This document shows positions 62,301 through 64,000 of a DNA stretch of 64,000 nucleotides, in pieces. The stretch comes from the human T2T-CHM13v2.0 reference genome, Homo sapiens: NCBI RefSeq assembly GCF_009914755.1, contig NC_060925.1. One strand, written 5' to 3'. The notes below the pieces were generated by a model. The model was not told the origin of the DNA, did no database searches, and saw only the letters and a list, made by a program, of their open reading frames with translations. Every line of letters starts with the position of its first letter. Position 1 is the stretch's first letter. The position numbers and the translations under genes are program-made.

Positions 62301-64000
62301 TGTTCAACTCACAGAGTTTAACCTTTCTTTTCATAGAGCAGTTAGTAAACACTCTGTTTATAAAGTCTGCAAGTGGATATTCAGACCCCTTTGAGGCCTT
62401 CGTTGGAAACGGGATTTCTTCATATTATGCTAGACAGAAGAATTCTCAGTAACTTACTTGTGTTGTGTGTATTCAACTGACAGAGTTGAACTTTCATTTA
62501 GAGAGAGCAGATTTGAAACACTGTTTTTGTGGAATTTGCAAGTGGAGATTTCAAGCGCTTTGGGGCCAAAGGCAGAAAAGGAAATATCTTCGTATAAAAA
62601 CTAGACAGAATCATTCTCAGAAACTGCTGCGTGATGTGTGCGTTCAACTCTCAGAGTTTAACTTTTCTTTTCATTCAGCGGTTTGGAAACACTCTGTTTG
62701 TAAAGTTTGCACGTGGATATTTTGACCACTTAGAGGCCTTCGTTGGAAACGGGTTTTTTTCATGTAAGGCTAGACAGAAGAATTCCCAGTAACTTCCTTG
62801 TGTTGTGTGCATTCAACTCACAGAGTTGAACGTTCCCTTAGACAGAGCAGATTTGAAACAGCCTATTTGTGCAATTTGCAAGTGTAGATTTCAAGCGCTT
62901 TAAGGTCAACGGCAGAAAAGGAAATATCTTCGTTTCAAAACTAGACAGAATCATTCCCACAAACTGCGTTGTGATGTGTTCGTTCAACTCACAGAGTTTA
63001 ACCTTTCTGTTCATAGAGGAGTTAGGAAACACTCTGTTTGTAAAGTCTGTAAGTGGATATTCTGACATCTTGTGGCCTTCGTTGGAAACGGGATTTCTTC
63101 ATATTCTGCTAGACAGAAGAATTCTCAGTAACTTCCTTGTGTTGTGTGTATTCAACTCACAGAGTTGAACGATCCTTTACACAGAGCAGACTTGAAACAC
63201 TCTTTTTGTGGAATTTGCAAGTGGAGATTTCAGCCGCTTTGAGGTCAATGGTAGAAAAGGAAACTATCTTCATATAAAGACTAGACAGAATGATTCTCAG
63301 AAAATCTTTTGTGATGTGTGCGTTCAACTCACAGAGTTTAACTTTTCTTCTCATAGAGCAGTTAGGAAACACTCTGTTTGTAAAGTCTGCAAGTGGATAT
63401 TCAGACCACTTTGAGGCCTTCGTTGGAAACGGGATTTCTTCATATTATGCTAGACAGAATAATTCTCAGTAACTTCCTTGTGTTGTGTGTATTCAACTCA
63501 CAGAGTTGAAGGATCCTTTACAGAGAGCAGGCTTGAAACACTCTTTTTGTCGAATTTGCAAGTGGAGATTTCAGCCGCTTTGAGGTCAATGGTAGAATAG
63601 GAAATATCTTCTTATAGAAACTAAACAGAATGATTCTCATAAACTCCTTTGTGATGTGTGCGTTCAACTCACAGAGTTTAACCTTTCTTTTCATAGAGCA
63701 GTTAGGAAACACTCTGTTTGTAAAGTCTGCAAGTGGATATTCAGACCTCCTTGAGGCCTTCGTTGGAAACGGGATTTCTTCATATTCTGCTAGACAGAAG
63801 AATTCTCAGTAACTTCATTGTGTTGTGTTTATTCAACTCACAGAGTTGAATGATCCTTTACACAGAGCAGACTTGAAACACTCTTTTTGTGGAATTTGCA
63901 AGTGGAGATTTCAGCCGCTTTGAGGTCAATGGTAGAAAAGTAAATATCTTCGTATAAAGACTAGACAGAATGATTCTCAGAAACTCCTTTGTGATGTGTG
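56350..64000 (+). repeat. Tandem duplication, 4417-bp (26-monomer; 12-mer + 14-mer) period, second copy cut by the window end
   Basis: Ten rare variants lie 4417 bp apart, e.g. TTTGAAAAG 57265/61682, 1-bp deletion TAGAAAGGAA ~57821/62238, AACTTACTTG 58039/62456, ACAGCCTATT 58444/62861, GACCACTTTG 58991/63408, ACTAAACAG 59207/63624, AACTTCATTG 59400/63817. Confidence 0.93.

Larger units (their letters stand above)
1..64000 (+). repeat. Centromeric alpha satellite array, SF1 (J1/J2 dimer, ~340 bp period), likely S1C1/5/19H1L = D1Z7/D5Z2/D19Z3
   Basis: Alphoid consensus motifs recur in every ~170-bp monomer (ATTCTCAGAAACT..TTTGTGATGTGTG..TTCAACTCACAGAGTT..AAACACTCT..TGCAAGTGGA). The ORF track repeats with a 339-341 bp period from end to end. 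A CENP-B box sits in every second monomer and EcoRI GAATTC occurs every 340 bp (e.g. 241, 581, 921). Orientation is the same throughout. Alpha satellite is certain; the chr1/5/19 subfamily call rests on recognising the homogeneous dimer plus divergent tetramer organisation (about 0.8). Confidence 0.98.

Noticed and set aside
174-63812. Hundreds of 60-122 aa ORFs on both strands (MFPNCSMKRK..., MILRNSFVMC..., MCIQLTELNF...)
   Set aside because: They recur with the 340-bp period, overlap on opposite strands, often use GTG/TTG starts, and are freely broken by stops and frameshifts (e.g. 48242). They are translations of satellite DNA and were used only as variant markers.
1-64000. CRISPR-like array, or a diversity-generating / antigenic-variation cassette system
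   Set aside because: There are no unique spacers and no cas, reverse transcriptase or recombinase genes. The entire unit is repeated and is recognisable alpha satellite.
1-64000. Embedded L1/Alu insertion, inversion or non-alphoid island
   Set aside because: The 339-341 bp phase is kept from start to end, and the small gaps in the ORF track (e.g. ~12900, ~41450, ~48200) are normal dimers with point mutations. No poly-A tail, target-site duplication or strand switch was seen.
1-64000. Assignment to one chromosome (1, 5 or 19) or to the CENP-A/CDR kinetochore site
   Set aside because: The array is shared among the three chromosomes and kinetochore position is epigenetic. Deciding needs alignment to T2T assemblies and methylation/CENP-A data.

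Overview
The whole 64 kb window is one uninterrupted, single-orientation array of primate (almost certainly human) centromeric alpha satellite. It is built from ~340-bp dimers (two ~170-bp monomers, ~188 dimers), with one EcoRI site and one 17-bp CENP-B box per dimer. This is the suprachromosomal family 1 (J1/J2) pattern and most resembles the live array shared by chromosomes 1, 5 and 19 (D1Z7/D5Z2/D19Z3, S1C1/5/19H1L); I cannot tell which chromosome. I see no genes, RNA genes, transposons, CRISPR arrays or inversions, and all ORFs in the track are by-products of the repeat. I found no new protein-coding system. The real structure lies in how dimer variants are ordered. A divergent 4-monomer block (X-Y) occurs 27 times at spacings of 2-12 dimers (most often 8, a 2.72-kb 16-mer; never 3). 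The near-identical spacer dimers fall into SNV-defined subtypes in a conserved order. There are also recent tandem duplications (1.70, 2.72, 3.06 and 4.42 kb), non-adjacent related blocks, an amplified CENP-B box variant, chimeric junction dimers and a mutation-rich patch at ~50.5-56.3 kb. All variant calls were read by eye and are not exhaustive.
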